From positions 1 through 37,501 of IMG/VR virus record IMGVR_UViG_3300032212_000074: a stretch of 37,501 nucleotides of DNA. The stretch is one strand, 5' to 3'. Shown piece after piece: positions 8,285-18,363 of this stretch (position 1 is its first letter; each line of letters starts with the position of its first letter). Position numbers and translations under genes: made by a program. The stretch is from a virus. Lineage: Duplodnaviria; Caudoviricetes. Under the pieces are notes generated by a model. That model was not told where the DNA came from. It did no database searches and was given only the letters and a program-made list of their open reading frames with translations.

Positions 8285-8469
8285 TATTGCTCCGTATAGG
8301 TTGGAGTTGTGCCTGTGCTTTCTGTATAGGTGACTGTTGTTTCATCCCAGTGAGTTGTCGCTGCGTTTCCAACAACATCCCAAGTGGTTAAGCCGCCATC
8401 CCATCGAGTCTCGCTGCTTAGTCTTTCGCTGTAAATGACATCATCTGTGGTTTGTTCAGTGTAAGCCAT
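8284..8469 (-). CDS. small Thr-rich protein with WD motifs, tailspike-associated
   Basis: ORF track; TAATG coupling to both neighbours. Confidence 0.7.
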   Translation of the reverse strand: MAYTEQTTDDVIYSERLSSETRWDGGLTTWDVVGNAATTHWDETTVTYTESTGTTPTYTEQ

Positions 8470-10385
8470 TATCGTGACATCTCACGCTGAGTCTGCGGCA
8501 CCACCTGTCCTGTTATAGAGCCAGAAATATGACCCCTGATTTTATTCAAGTCAGCTTTAGATATGCCATGCTTCATCAATGACTCAAGCTGCTTTTTAGG
8601 TATCTTGTGTACTGGCGTGGACATTAATCGGGTTATATCATCAATAACCACTTGTGGCACGACCTCAACATCTAAGACGCTTTTAACTGCGTTGCCCACT
8701 TTTGTTATCGCATCACTGCCTTCCATGTGAATAGCTTTACCGCCTTTTATAACATCAGCAAGGTCAGATTCGCCTTGTAATCGTGGCTGCGTTTGTGACC
8801 CGCCATATATTTTTTGATAGGTCTGTGCGAACTCATCCTCTATATCCAATCGATTAATAAATTGATTAAAAGATTGATCATCAGGGAAAGCGCCACGAAG
8901 CCTCTCTCTAACTAACTGAGAGGCTAACTTTGTTGCTGTATTTGATGATTCGCGCCCTACCATTAACTTATCTCGGATAGTCTTAACAGCTCCGCTTATA
9001 TAAGCCTCCTGTTCTGACTTTGATAGGCTAGCTAGGTTGTCCGATACAAAATCAGCATCTTCTTTTAAAATATTACGACCTGATTTTATCGCGTCATCCA
9101 AAGCGGATTCACCAGCCCATATTTTACGACCAGCCGCATAGTTAGGGTTTTTTGCAGATAGCTCATCAATGATAATTTTGTGCATCTTTTTGTAGGCGGC
9201 ACCTAGTTCGTTATCACCTGCCTTATATTTTGTATTTGAAGCGGCTCGTAGTTGTCTTTGTAAAGAGTGCAATTCTTTAATTGATGTCTTGAATACCTTA
9301 TGCTCACCTTTACCTTTGGTAAATTCCTTTAACATTCCTCTCGACGGGTTGTAATCGTCAACTACCGATTGAACCTTATTAAATACGCCTACCATATCAT
9401 CAGTAGACAATGACTCTTTTTTGGCTGCCTCATACAATGGGCTTGCTTCCTTGAATCGTCTATCGACTATTGCCTTCTGGTTCTTAAAGAAATTCTCATC
9501 ACCGCCTGATAAGCTACGGAGCGACTTCATAATCCGTTTTGTAGCCCCTTTCTGTCTTTCTGCAAATCCTTTCAAGGCCGCTGTTTTTTGTGAGCCACCT
9601 TTCTGAGCTACCGTCATTGCCAATGATTTTAGGTTTTGACCACCCACATCGGATAGCGTAGCCTCTGACCCCATTAACCGAGCCGCTTTAATCATTTGTT
9701 CAGGCGTGACCTCGTCTTGACCAGCATAATGACCGACTGTGCGACTAATAGTCGTTTGTGGCGCTTCTGGTTTTAACATTCTACCAACAGCACCCGCGCC
9801 CTTACTTAAAAGCTTGCCAGCATAGTAACCGGCAGGGGCTAAAGCAGCACCACCAGCAGCGCCAAGCCCAGCATAAGCCGGAACATCTTTCATTTCAGGC
9901 GCATAACCAGTACCCGATACAGCACCCCCAGCAGCGCCCAATCCAACAGCCGTTTTAACTGGGTTCATTTGCCCAAACCTAGATGCATAAGCAGCGCCAC
10001 CTGTTGGTAGTGCGGTTAATAAACCACCGGCAACATTAAGCCCTAGCGCAAGCCCTTGATTTTGTCTTTCAAACTCTTGCTGCTCACCGCTAAGACTTTT
10101 TTTAATATCTCTATACGATTCCTGCCAAGGGATATGCTTTGTCCGAGGGTCTGTTGTTGCTTTCATTGCGGCCATGAATGCGCCAATCTCATCAGCAAAA
10201 CCCATAGTCTGACCTTCAAGGAATGAACGAGTGCCGCCCAAAGCCTTCTCACCAGTCGTCAACTCTTTTGGAACATCAGTAACAGGCTTCGGCTTTTGTT
10301 TTTCGTACATCGATAAGACTTGTTCTTTTGTGTAGTCGTCCGGTACGCCTTCAATCAATGTTCCGTCTGGCATTGTTACATTCAT
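8469..10385 (-). CDS. internal virion/ejection protein (P22 gp16-like position)
   Basis: V.MPDGT..EGVPD N-terminus, QT.GFADEI motif, Gly/Ala-rich hydrophobic segments; synteny. Confidence 0.7.
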   Translation of the reverse strand: MNVTMPDGTLIEGVPDDYTKEQVLSMYEKQKPKPVTDVPKELTTGEKALGGTRSFLEGQTMGFADEIGAFMAAMKATTDPRTKHIPWQESYRDIKKSLSGEQQEFERQNQGLALGLNVAGGLLTALPTGGAAYASRFGQMNPVKTAVGLGAAGGAVSGTGYAPEMKDVPAYAGLGAAGGAALAPAGYYAGKLLSKGAGAVGRMLKPEAPQTTISRTVGHYAGQDEVTPEQMIKAARLMGSEATLSDVGGQNLKSLAMTVAQKGGSQKTAALKGFAERQKGATKRIMKSLRSLSGGDENFFKNQKAIVDRRFKEASPLYEAAKKESLSTDDMVGVFNKVQSVVDDYNPSRGMLKEFTKGKGEHKVFKTSIKELHSLQRQLRAASNTKYKAGDNELGAAYKKMHKIIIDELSAKNPNYAAGRKIWAGESALDDAIKSGRNILKEDADFVSDNLASLSKSEQEAYISGAVKTIRDKLMVGRESSNTATKLASQLVRERLRGAFPDDQSFNQFINRLDIEDEFAQTYQKIYGGSQTQPRLQGESDLADVIKGGKAIHMEGSDAITKVGNAVKSVLDVEVVPQVVIDDITRLMSTPVHKIPKKQLESLMKHGISKADLNKIRGHISGSITGQVVPQTQREMSR

Positions 10386-11524
10386 TTCAAGTCCTCAAAC
10401 TTCATCGTTTTAGGTTGATATATCAATCCTTTAGGTTTCGCGCCCGTCTTTGTGCCTACATCACTCATCAGTTTATCAAAGTCGATGGCATTACCCCATT
10501 GACCTGATTTAGCCGCTTTAGGGTTGATATATTTGGACGCATTATTAATGAACAACTGATAAGCCGACCATTTCTGATTGACCACCTCGTCACTATCCCA
10601 AGGTTTTGGCATGAATCGCTTACGAGTGTTATCAATCTCCGTTGCTGGCATTGCTGCACCGGTTTCTGCCCTTGTTATCGCCTGAATACCGTATTCCATG
10701 CCAGCGAATATCTTACCGGCCTCTGGTGAAGCTAACGCTGCTGCCGGTTCAAATTGACCAATAGCCCAAGCCTGCTTGATTAAGTCGCGATCAATTTTGC
10801 CGTTTTTGAAAATTAATGGCTGTATCGTTTTAATTCCTTGTCTAGCCGTATCTAACATAGCTAATTTTGAGGCGCTATCCGATGCCAAGTCTTTTTTGAG
10901 CGTCACGCCTAGCCCTTGCGCCTGCTCATACGTCAAACCAACGGGAGGGCGTGAGCCGTCAGGCATTCGCATTTTCATCAAGTCGGTTACAGGTATATTT
11001 TTACTACCCATATTTATCTGTGTTTGCGCTTTAGAAAGATAATCTTTCATGGCTTGCTGATATTCTGGCGTGCCTTCTTTATATCCGGCAGCCAATAGAT
11101 TTTGCATAACGCCAGTTGGCTTAATTCCGGTATCTCTAAACTTGGCTTGCCTACCTAATAAACCCTGTATCCCTTGTGCGCCAATCTGCTCATAGCCCGG
11201 AGTCGTTAATAATCCGCCATAGAGTTTGGTTTGTGCCATTTCTCTGGCGCGTGGGTCAACATCAGCTAATGAGCCTAGATAACCTGTACCGGCTTTCTTT
11301 AGCCCTTGCTGTTGTAATATCGGGTCTGATTCGTCAAATACCTCAACAGGCGCTAATGGGTCTGCGCTCATCTGTTCTTGCTGTGGTGTGGCAAGTTGAT
11401 AAGGTGCTGCTGCCTGACCAATCAAGCCTTTAACCGTACCTGCCGCCTCTTGTTGTCTAGCTAATTCTGCGGCCTGATCCTCTTGAGCCCAACCTCTTTT
11501 TATCCAGTCAGTTAATAATCCCAT
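10382..11524 (-). CDS. internal virion/ejection protein (gp20-like position)
   Basis: MGLL start, Q/A/G-rich, R.ETGAA....E motif; synteny. Confidence 0.65.
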   Translation of the reverse strand: MGLLTDWIKRGWAQEDQAAELARQQEAAGTVKGLIGQAAAPYQLATPQQEQMSADPLAPVEVFDESDPILQQQGLKKAGTGYLGSLADVDPRAREMAQTKLYGGLLTTPGYEQIGAQGIQGLLGRQAKFRDTGIKPTGVMQNLLAAGYKEGTPEYQQAMKDYLSKAQTQINMGSKNIPVTDLMKMRMPDGSRPPVGLTYEQAQGLGVTLKKDLASDSASKLAMLDTARQGIKTIQPLIFKNGKIDRDLIKQAWAIGQFEPAAALASPEAGKIFAGMEYGIQAITRAETGAAMPATEIDNTRKRFMPKPWDSDEVVNQKWSAYQLFINNASKYINPKAAKSGQWGNAIDFDKLMSDVGTKTGAKPKGLIYQPKTMKFEDLK

Positions 11525-11531
11525 GTCTCAC

Positions 11532-12206
11532 CTATATCTTAATTGAGAATGGTAGTGCAGATGTCGTACCGCCAGTACCACCACCGCCGCCTTGACTCAA
11601 GACAGTAGGCGCACCAATTAAACCTTGCTGTAACTGTAATTGCTGCCAAGGGGCTAGCTGCTCAGCTTGTCCGGCTTGCTGCATAATCTCAGCCGGAATC
11701 ATACCCAGATTCGCCACCGTTGGCGCTTGGCTGAGACCTTGAAGCATTCGCTCCTGACCACCTGTAAAGTCTTGATATGACATATCTGAGGCAATATCAC
11801 CGACCTGCTGTAAGTATTCACGCCCCGCAATACCTTCGGCTATACCTTGACGACTGCCACCTGTTTGACCGGCTTGTACAAACTCATCAGTAATACCACC
11901 TAAGACATCCTCTTGATACCTTTGAGTTAATGGTCTGATCGCTGAACTAATCGCCTTTTGTAAGTATGGGTTTTGCTGTGGGGTCATTGCTGTGCTTAAT
12001 ACAGCTTGTGACTGTTGTATTAAATTCTGTAGGGCGGGTGATTGTGCATAACCGACAGCCTGTTCACGCCCTTGAGTCGTTAGATCAGATTCTGGGGCTT
12101 GCTGGGCTAATAATTCAGCGCCTTGACCGTATAAGTCGGTTAAATAGCCGGATTGATCACCCCATACTTGGGCTGGCCTTGTGGGATTTGTCTTTGATTT
12201 GCTCAT
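11532..12206 (-). CDS. internal virion/ejection protein (gp7-like position)
   Basis: Q/G-rich, NPYL and GGSRQGIAEG motifs; synteny. Confidence 0.7.
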   Translation of the reverse strand: MSKSKTNPTRPAQVWGDQSGYLTDLYGQGAELLAQQAPESDLTTQGREQAVGYAQSPALQNLIQQSQAVLSTAMTPQQNPYLQKAISSAIRPLTQRYQEDVLGGITDEFVQAGQTGGSRQGIAEGIAGREYLQQVGDIASDMSYQDFTGGQERMLQGLSQAPTVANLGMIPAEIMQQAGQAEQLAPWQQLQLQQGLIGAPTVLSQGGGGGTGGTTSALPFSIKI

Positions 12207-12622
12207 TCGCTTATTTCTCTGTGTAATGTTGTATAGGCATATTCAAAACCGTATTTACTGAGTTTTTTCTCCCAGCCCTTACGACCATTTACCGATAATC
12301 TTACGCAGCCTTGATCTTTAGCGATTGGCACGATTTGATTATACCACTCATCTAGCCATGAATCACAATCTTTGCCACCGGCTGCAACAATATGACAAAC
12401 TTTGCCAGATTCTGTATCGACTAACTCACAAACTATCGACGCTAAAACAATCATATTATCCATAGCTACTAATAGTAATGATTCTTTAGCTTTCAATCGG
12501 TCTTTCAATGTTTCTATCGACAATTCGCCTTTTGCATGGTCTAAAGCAGATTTAATATGACCTTCGACCCTAGGCCATACCTGATCAATGAAGTGTGACT
12601 CTATCGCGATAATATTAACCAT
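12203..12622 (-). CDS. GNAT-fold virion assembly protein (P22 gp14-like position)
   Basis: AKDQGC......GRKGWEK.L..YGF motif; start MVNII at 12622 more likely than 12715. Confidence 0.65.
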   Translation of the reverse strand: MVNIIAIESHFIDQVWPRVEGHIKSALDHAKGELSIETLKDRLKAKESLLLVAMDNMIVLASIVCELVDTESGKVCHIVAAGGKDCDSWLDEWYNQIVPIAKDQGCVRLSVNGRKGWEKKLSKYGFEYAYTTLHREISE

Positions 12623-12761
12623 CGATAAAATACTTTTCTTCTTCACAAACAGGGATACGGTGATATTCGCCGTCGAAATAATCCTTATCTGTCTCAACTT
12701 CGCACTTCTGACCACATCCGATTAATAAAGCCGTGATAAATATAACGATTAGATAATTCAT
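12615..12761 (-). CDS. 48-aa putative lipoprotein (not in ORF track)
   Basis: MNYLIVIFITALLIG|CGQKCEV...; hydrophobic region + lipobox-like LIGC; AGGGG RBS. Confidence 0.65.
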   Translation of the reverse strand: MNYLIVIFITALLIGCGQKCEVETDKDYFDGEYHRIPVCEEEKYFIDG

Positions 12762-12769
12762 ATTAGCCC

Positions 12770-13567
12770 CTATGTATAAAAATCCGAATCACTATTCAGT
12801 GTGCCAATCCTATCCATCTGTACGTGTAAATCAAAGTTCAAGATAAAAGCATCTCCAGTAAATGTATCGTTAGCGTGCGCGGCGTCTCTAAATACCCTTG
12901 CCATAATAAGCGTGTCCGGCTCCCTTGAGTCTGCGGGTATCACATCAGCAGGGTCAAAATCTAAGTGATAATGCATATACGGTGTGCCGTTAGCCGCTTG
13001 TTCCACATATATCGTTGTTGATGCGGGGAATGCCTCTACACCAAACGATTTAGCAATGGTGTACTCCACTCCTAACCGGACAGTGCCAGTGTTTGTCGTG
13101 TTACCAGCCGCCCAATGTAAACTAGGCTCAATATCCGTACCGCGCTTGTATGAATGCGGGATATGTAGACAAACCCACGCTTCATTTAATGCCGAAGCAG
13201 AAAAAGCATAAGCATATATACCATCACGAAATACCGACCAATTAGGCTGTGCAGCCCCCGTTACCTTGGACGCATTTATCGAAGCTGTTACAGAAGCCCA
13301 AAATCCACTAGCGCCTAATAGAGCTATAAAATTCCACTGACCGGCAGAATATAAATACAGCCCCTCACCGCTTCCAGCATCCCAGTTTGTGCCATCGGCA
13401 TAATATAATTCGCCTTGTCGTGGTTTATCTGGCTCTACATTCCATATTTTGAATGCGGTGCTATCTACTTCAAGATTCTGCAAGCTATCCGCTAACTTAT
13501 GAAGCTCAGTATTAAGGTACTGGCCGATTATCGAGCCGTCATTTATGGGATTGGGTTGATAGCTCAA
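12770..13567 (-). CDS. tail-associated structural protein
   Basis: KPR.G...YADGTNW..GSGEG.Y N-terminal domain following the tail-tube gene, plus a C-terminal beta-rich extension. Confidence 0.6.
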   Translation of the reverse strand: MSYQPNPINDGSIIGQYLNTELHKLADSLQNLEVDSTAFKIWNVEPDKPRQGELYYADGTNWDAGSGEGLYLYSAGQWNFIALLGASGFWASVTASINASKVTGAAQPNWSVFRDGIYAYAFSASALNEAWVCLHIPHSYKRGTDIEPSLHWAAGNTTNTGTVRLGVEYTIAKSFGVEAFPASTTIYVEQAANGTPYMHYHLDFDPADVIPADSREPDTLIMARVFRDAAHANDTFTGDAFILNFDLHVQMDRIGTLNSDSDFYT

Positions 13568-15120
13568 AACCTGCCCTTCTCTGTGTATTCAAAGCCAATA
13601 TCGTGCGCCTTCCATGTGACATTAGTGCTTGATTCAATCCGGTAGCTGATTAATTTACCCGTTACATCACAATCGATACGATCATCACCCGATGAATAAG
13701 TGTATGCCTTCCACGTCACACTGTCCGTATGCACCATCTGAGAACCTACATAAACCGTAATATCGCCTGAACAATCAATACGAGGCCAAACACGGGTAAC
13801 ACGCTTAACAATGTCCGGAGAGCCAAAATCAAGCCCTTCACGCTCACAATAGGCCGTGATATTTGTACCGTCTGACTGTTCGGTATCGTCAGCCATGTAA
13901 AACTTAGTAGAGCCAGCCATGAGGTTTTTAATAACTGTCGGACTATAAGACAATTCACCCCATGAGCCTTGTGCCAAATCCCATGTTTCGGTTGTACTAG
14001 CCCATGTGTCTGCCTCGTTAGGATCAACCAGCCCATAGCCCATGTGCTTGACTGTAGGTATATTTTTAGTTGTCCATGTGTCATCTTTAAAATTCCAGAT
14101 GAAAGCCGTATCAGCAAAGCTTGAGCCGGTTTTAGGGAAGCATACCCACATCTCATTTTTCTGATAATTAGGGCTAACAAAAGTACGCTGATAGTTTGTT
14201 GCATCAATTAAAGCGAATAGCTCTTTTTTCTTACGATGATTGATAACAGAATCAAACGTATTGCCATCATGCACAATTACATCGCCGTTAGTCACGACAA
14301 AATGCTTGCCATAGAACGATTTAACACAGCGCCTTGTAAGGATGCCGGATTGCTCAAAGATGTCATAAAAACGGAATACAGCGCGGCCACCGATATGCTG
14401 CATACCCATTGTCTTGTTGTCTTTGTAAATGATAAAGGTATCGCGTAGTGGCAAACCATCGACAACCGAACCCCCGCCCTCCTCAAGATCATAAACGCCT
14501 GCATCTTTAGTAGTGTCTGTCTCATCCCATGTGCTTGGAACCGATCCGCTATCAGCAGGGTGTGACCATCTAATCCGCTGTCGATACTCAGTGCCTGATT
14601 CCGTAGTATGCATGGCGATTAGAAATTGCTTAAACGGACGTATAACGCGAGCTGTATTTGACTCACTTGACCACGTTGTACCTGATGACCATGTTAATGA
14701 CTGTAGTTTTGTACCAGTGCCAACAGGTGTCCACATCTGCGGATCATCAACACCGTTATTAACAATAGGAACCGACCCGATAATACCACCATTCCAGCCT
14801 ATATCCGCGTCTGCTGAGTAATTAACATCAACCGAGGCCGTCTGTCTGGTGATATTCGTGTTAGTCGTGCCATCTGTTACATAGCACTTGGTTAAGCTTG
14901 GGTATATCCAGTAATAAGCCGATGAGGTTTGAACAGGTAATAACCAGTAAGGGTCAACAGCAGGAGTCGTATAAACCTCTGACTCTCCTTTAGACTTCTC
15001 AACATTGTTATCAATAAACCGGATATTCTCGCCAGATGTGAAGGCATTTTCTGGTATTGATCGTGCGTCAGTATCAGATATTATACCGGCAGACCCTAAA
15101 TCTTTTATTAATTTAAACAT
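13564..15120 (-). CDS. tail nozzle / DNA stabilisation protein (P22 gp10 / tubular protein B-like)
   Basis: 518 aa, Trp-rich beta-propeller-like repeats (IRWS, NEMWVCFP); position after adaptor. Confidence 0.75.
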   Translation of the reverse strand: MFKLIKDLGSAGIISDTDARSIPENAFTSGENIRFIDNNVEKSKGESEVYTTPAVDPYWLLPVQTSSAYYWIYPSLTKCYVTDGTTNTNITRQTASVDVNYSADADIGWNGGIIGSVPIVNNGVDDPQMWTPVGTGTKLQSLTWSSGTTWSSESNTARVIRPFKQFLIAMHTTESGTEYRQRIRWSHPADSGSVPSTWDETDTTKDAGVYDLEEGGGSVVDGLPLRDTFIIYKDNKTMGMQHIGGRAVFRFYDIFEQSGILTRRCVKSFYGKHFVVTNGDVIVHDGNTFDSVINHRKKKELFALIDATNYQRTFVSPNYQKNEMWVCFPKTGSSFADTAFIWNFKDDTWTTKNIPTVKHMGYGLVDPNEADTWASTTETWDLAQGSWGELSYSPTVIKNLMAGSTKFYMADDTEQSDGTNITAYCEREGLDFGSPDIVKRVTRVWPRIDCSGDITVYVGSQMVHTDSVTWKAYTYSSGDDRIDCDVTGKLISYRIESSTNVTWKAHDIGFEYTEKGRF

Positions 15121-15890
15121 TAAACAGTACCATGCGCCACGACACGGTAATAGATAGTTCTTGTTATTGTGTCGGCATTATACATATTTAGTTTTAACGT
15201 TCCTGCTGCCGATGCTGTTGATATATTAATTATATTTGTTGCCGTTGAATCTACATAACCATTTTCATCTATAATTTCTAATATAAAGCTCTGAGCTACG
15301 CCGCCCGAACTCTTGCCTAGCATTGAGACTCCATATGCGGTCGATACATTAGAGAGCGTTAGCGTTATATCTCCGCTCCACGACTCCCCTGAAACTGAAG
15401 ATGAGCCAGTAAAAACATCTACAGGGAGATTGGCTATAGGCGCTATTGCGTTTGCATCAAGCTTTAATGCTTTATTTGCTGCATTAGGCGCATCACATAT
15501 ATTTAATTCCGCTGATGTTGCCGTAACTTCTGATAGTTTTGTCAGGTCTGCCGCTGTTACCGCATTACCGGCTAATTTATTTAATTCTGCCACCGTTGAC
15601 GTTAAAGCCGTACCACCAAATTCAAGCCCTGCACCATCATCAACAATATTTAATGTTTTGCCTGTAGCAATCGATACCTCGGAAGTCGTGGCGCTTATCG
15701 TTTCTTCAAAGTTCTCACACGCGCTTAAATCCTCATCAGATGCACTCACAACCCCGTTAATGTTAGGAAAGTCTGTTTTTAATGCCGTCTTGAGGTTACG
15801 GATATGATCATCGCCTTGCGTCAATCCGTCTGTGGCTGTCGGATTAGATACGTTAAGGTCTGATATGTGGGTGACTGTTTCTAAAGCCAT
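15120..15890 (-). CDS. short tail fibre / needle-like protein
   Basis: ALE...I.DL...NP...D....GDDH.R..K..LK..FPN anchor motif; AELN repeats. Confidence 0.65.
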   Translation of the reverse strand: MALETVTHISDLNVSNPTATDGLTQGDDHIRNLKTALKTDFPNINGVVSASDEDLSACENFEETISATTSEVSIATGKTLNIVDDGAGLEFGGTALTSTVAELNKLAGNAVTAADLTKLSEVTATSAELNICDAPNAANKALKLDANAIAPIANLPVDVFTGSSSVSGESWSGDITLTLSNVSTAYGVSMLGKSSGGVAQSFILEIIDENGYVDSTATNIINISTASAAGTLKLNMYNADTITRTIYYRVVAHGTV

Positions 15891-15903
15891 GTTATGCCCT
15901 CTC

Positions 15904-15916
15904 TGTCATCACGACA
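15904..15916 (-). repeat. TGTCGTGATGACA hairpin motif, copy 3
   Basis: Exact 13-mer directly before GAGAGGG RBS of 15120..15890. Confidence 0.9.
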
Positions 15917-15924
15917 GTGATTAA

Positions 15925-16575
15925 TTATGGTGTTGCTGTTGCCGGTCTTGCGGATAAATTAGCACCGTAGTTTCCGTCTCTCTCTGTTACGTTAATGCCG
16001 CTTGCTATCGATTTATACAGCATTGCCCATTTCTGCGTGTTAGGTTCATCTAAGTGAGCCGAACCTGCAATCATGGCTGCGTATAAATAAGCAAATGGAT
16101 GATTTGTTAATAGCCAATTAGTGTCTGAGTCAGCACTAAAAGCCGTGTATCTCGCTACATAGCTAATTTCTAACTCAAGGCTAGTGCTAGGTATGTGACT
16201 GAATTGAAACTCATCACCGTGGATTGTGTAAGCTTCTGGTGTGCCTGCCGGACTCGACGGGTATTTAGCCGTCATTACTTTAGGCGTTAAATAATCCAAT
16301 GACCGAACAGGGCTGAGATTAATCTGAATATCTTTGATAGTCATCATGTCTGTGGGAATATCAAGATACTGAGAGCTAATCGAAGTTGTTACACGTTTAT
16401 GCTGGTCTTTTGTCCTGATACCCTCAAGAGCGTCCATGCTGTTAGGCTCCGGATCACCCCCTATCACAGTTTCAGCGTACTGAATGAAATTAGGAATAAG
16501 ATCAGTTAAGTCAGTCCGATGCAACAAAGTAGCAAGCTCTGTTTTTAATTCGCCATAATTGGTTATTAGTGCCAT
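15925..16575 (-). CDS. head-tail adaptor (tubular protein A-like)
   Basis: ITNYGELK......L.R.DL...IP.FI..AE and TNWLL...P..YLY motifs. Confidence 0.75.
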   Translation of the reverse strand: MALITNYGELKTELATLLHRTDLTDLIPNFIQYAETVIGGDPEPNSMDALEGIRTKDQHKRVTTSISSQYLDIPTDMMTIKDIQINLSPVRSLDYLTPKVMTAKYPSSPAGTPEAYTIHGDEFQFSHIPSTSLELEISYVARYTAFSADSDTNWLLTNHPFAYLYAAMIAGSAHLDEPNTQKWAMLYKSIASGINVTERDGNYGANLSARPATATP

Positions 16576-16881
16576 TTATACCTTGCCTTTTCGGGTTAGA
16601 CAAAACTTGTTATCAGGGTCATTAAGAAATCGCTTTAATATTGAATCATCCATAGTAAATTCTCTATAGGTGATCCCCTTATTATCCAGCCATGACAATA
16701 ATATAACCATAGGGATAGAGGCTTTCTTGTTAAAAACCTCGCTCTTAAACTCCCTTGCGTCATTAAAGGCGCGTTTATTCGCCTCTAGTATCGGCTGGAC
16801 ATCCTGCACCGTTTCTATGTGCAGTTTATCCTCTTTCTCGTCATAGTGATATTTATCAGATATCGACACGGACAGCACCAA
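16576..16881 (-). CDS. conserved head-region protein
   Basis: QDVQPILE.NK, ASIP, LNDPDN motifs; start may lie slightly downstream of 16881. Confidence 0.65.
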   Translation of the reverse strand: MVLSVSISDKYHYDEKEDKLHIETVQDVQPILEANKRAFNDAREFKSEVFNKKASIPMVILLSWLDNKGITYREFTMDDSILKRFLNDPDNKFCLTRKGKV

Positions 16882-17146
16882 CTTTTTGCAGTTTACGCGC
16901 TACTTCTCGTGGCAAATCTACAAATACAGGCTCTGGCTCAATAATAGTCTTACCATTGTCTTTAGACGTTGGCTTGTTAGGGTAAACCATCGATGTTAGA
17001 CCTTCTTTAATAAAAGGAATGTTTCGACGCTTACAGCGCAATTCAGCTTCTTTTAAAGTCGCTTCATCTGCATCAATACCAATGCCACGCAATACTTCAC
17101 ATTTAAACATTTTAGGCTTTTTTGCTGGTTTCTTTTCATCTGCCAT
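16856..17146 (-). CDS. small head-region protein
   Basis: ORF track; downstream of capsid-region terminator. Confidence 0.7.
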   Translation of the reverse strand: MADEKKPAKKPKMFKCEVLRGIGIDADEATLKEAELRCKRRNIPFIKEGLTSMVYPNKPTSKDNGKTIIEPEPVFVDLPREVARKLQKVGAVRVDI

Positions 17147-17169
17147 TTTCTTTACTCATTTAAGTTAGT

Positions 17170-17194
17170 AAAAGGGCGCTATGGTAGCCGCCCT
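17170..17194 (-). terminator. intrinsic terminator after capsid transcript
   Basis: AGGGCG(G)CTA-CCA-TAGCGCCCT-TTT on minus strand. Confidence 0.7.
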
Positions 17195-17199
17195 ATGGG

Positions 17200-17349
17200 T
17201 TATTTTACTGCCTTTGCAAATCCAGCATCAATAGCCTTTTTTGCTTCCTTGTCTTCCAGATCAACAATAGTCTTTCCTTGTTGCGATCTTTTCTTGTTGA
17301 TCATATCGCCTTCTGTTGTTGCAAATGTTTTTAATACTTCGCATTTCAT
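17200..17349 (-). CDS. 49-aa protein after capsid gene (possible decoration; not in ORF track)
   Basis: MKCEVLKTF...VDLEDKEAKKAIDAGFAKAVK; AGGTG RBS. Confidence 0.7.
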   Translation of the reverse strand: MKCEVLKTFATTEGDMINKKRSQQGKTIVDLEDKEAKKAIDAGFAKAVK

Positions 17350-17361
17350 AGTATTCACCTA

Positions 17362-18324
17362 TTAACCGTTAGTGTCCGCAATCACGCAGTGGGCTGCCTC
17401 TGTACAGACCTCAAGCGTAGTCTCCCAGATGATTTCCTTACGCATTGAATCACCCGTTACCGCTAAGTCTTTAGTCGATACACCTCGAAGGTCTGCTAAA
17501 GAAAGGTACTCTGGATCAATACAGTAAACATTATCACCCACTAATTGACGGCATGGTACAACCTTCAATGTGTGGAAGTCGCCTTCATAAACGTCAATAG
17601 ATACATTTAATGAGCTTTCATCGGTTGAAACGTAGCGAGTAGCACCGCCTGCCGTGAAATCACCTACAACACCCTTATTCGTTGCTGATACTGCCAGCAT
17701 AGTAGGGTTAGCGCCATTGGTATAAGCTGTGGTCAGAGCTGTTGCTAAAATAGCCTCTGTCAGATCACGATCAGTACCAGTGGTCATTACGTCTGCCGAG
17801 TTACCAGTAGCCGCCGCACCTGTAGCGCCAACACTTACATTAGAAGTCAGGTAAGTTGCTAATGAACCCATTTCACGGGCTGTTGTGTTATCGCCTGCAA
17901 CTTTCGCATTACCAACACCGTTAGCTACACCGTTATCCAGTAGCGCATACTCAACATCTTTTTTCATTTCTTTAAGACGTTTAGCCACTTGGAAAGCCAT
18001 CTCAGACTTACGGCCTGCTTTGTCTACCGCTTCCTGTGAGCCAGAAACTACAGCATGTTTCTTGAAGATTTGCGTAAAATTCGACAGTAAAGTCGTAGCC
18101 GCTGGATCGGCTGGACTAGCATCATCGCCCTCAATGTGAGCGTTAGCCGCTGCGTCTGCCAGCGAATCTTCCTGCCATGTGTGATTCTTGCCCGTTGCTT
18201 TACCGCTTTTAATTGCCGATAGTACAGGGGTTTCGTATGGTGATACACTGAAAATCATATCACTTAAATCTTCACGATTACCGACTGCATCGTATGTTGC
18301 TACTATACCTGCTGCTTGTGCCAT
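17362..18324 (-). CDS. major capsid protein (DUF5309/SU10-like, HK97 fold)
   Basis: GNREDLSD.I..VSP.ETP, H.WQ.DSL, N.TQIF.K, ELK.D.E-like motifs. Confidence 0.9.
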   Translation of the reverse strand: MAQAAGIVATYDAVGNREDLSDMIFSVSPYETPVLSAIKSGKATGKNHTWQEDSLADAAANAHIEGDDASPADPAATTLLSNFTQIFKKHAVVSGSQEAVDKAGRKSEMAFQVAKRLKEMKKDVEYALLDNGVANGVGNAKVAGDNTTAREMGSLATYLTSNVSVGATGAAATGNSADVMTTGTDRDLTEAILATALTTAYTNGANPTMLAVSATNKGVVGDFTAGGATRYVSTDESSLNVSIDVYEGDFHTLKVVPCRQLVGDNVYCIDPEYLSLADLRGVSTKDLAVTGDSMRKEIIWETTLEVCTEAAHCVIADTNG

Positions 18325-18337
18325 TGTATTTCTCCTA

Positions 18338-18350
18338 TGTCATCACGACA
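18338..18350 (-). repeat. TGTCGTGATGACA hairpin motif, copy 2
   Basis: Exact 13-mer 1 nt before AGGAG RBS of the capsid gene. Confidence 0.9.
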
Positions 18351-18363
18351 TTAGTTAATTTGG

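Noticed and set aside
12623-12715. N-terminal extension of the GNAT-like ORF given in the track
   Set aside because: Better explained by the overlapping lipoprotein ORF in another frame; the GNAT-like protein plausibly starts at 12622.
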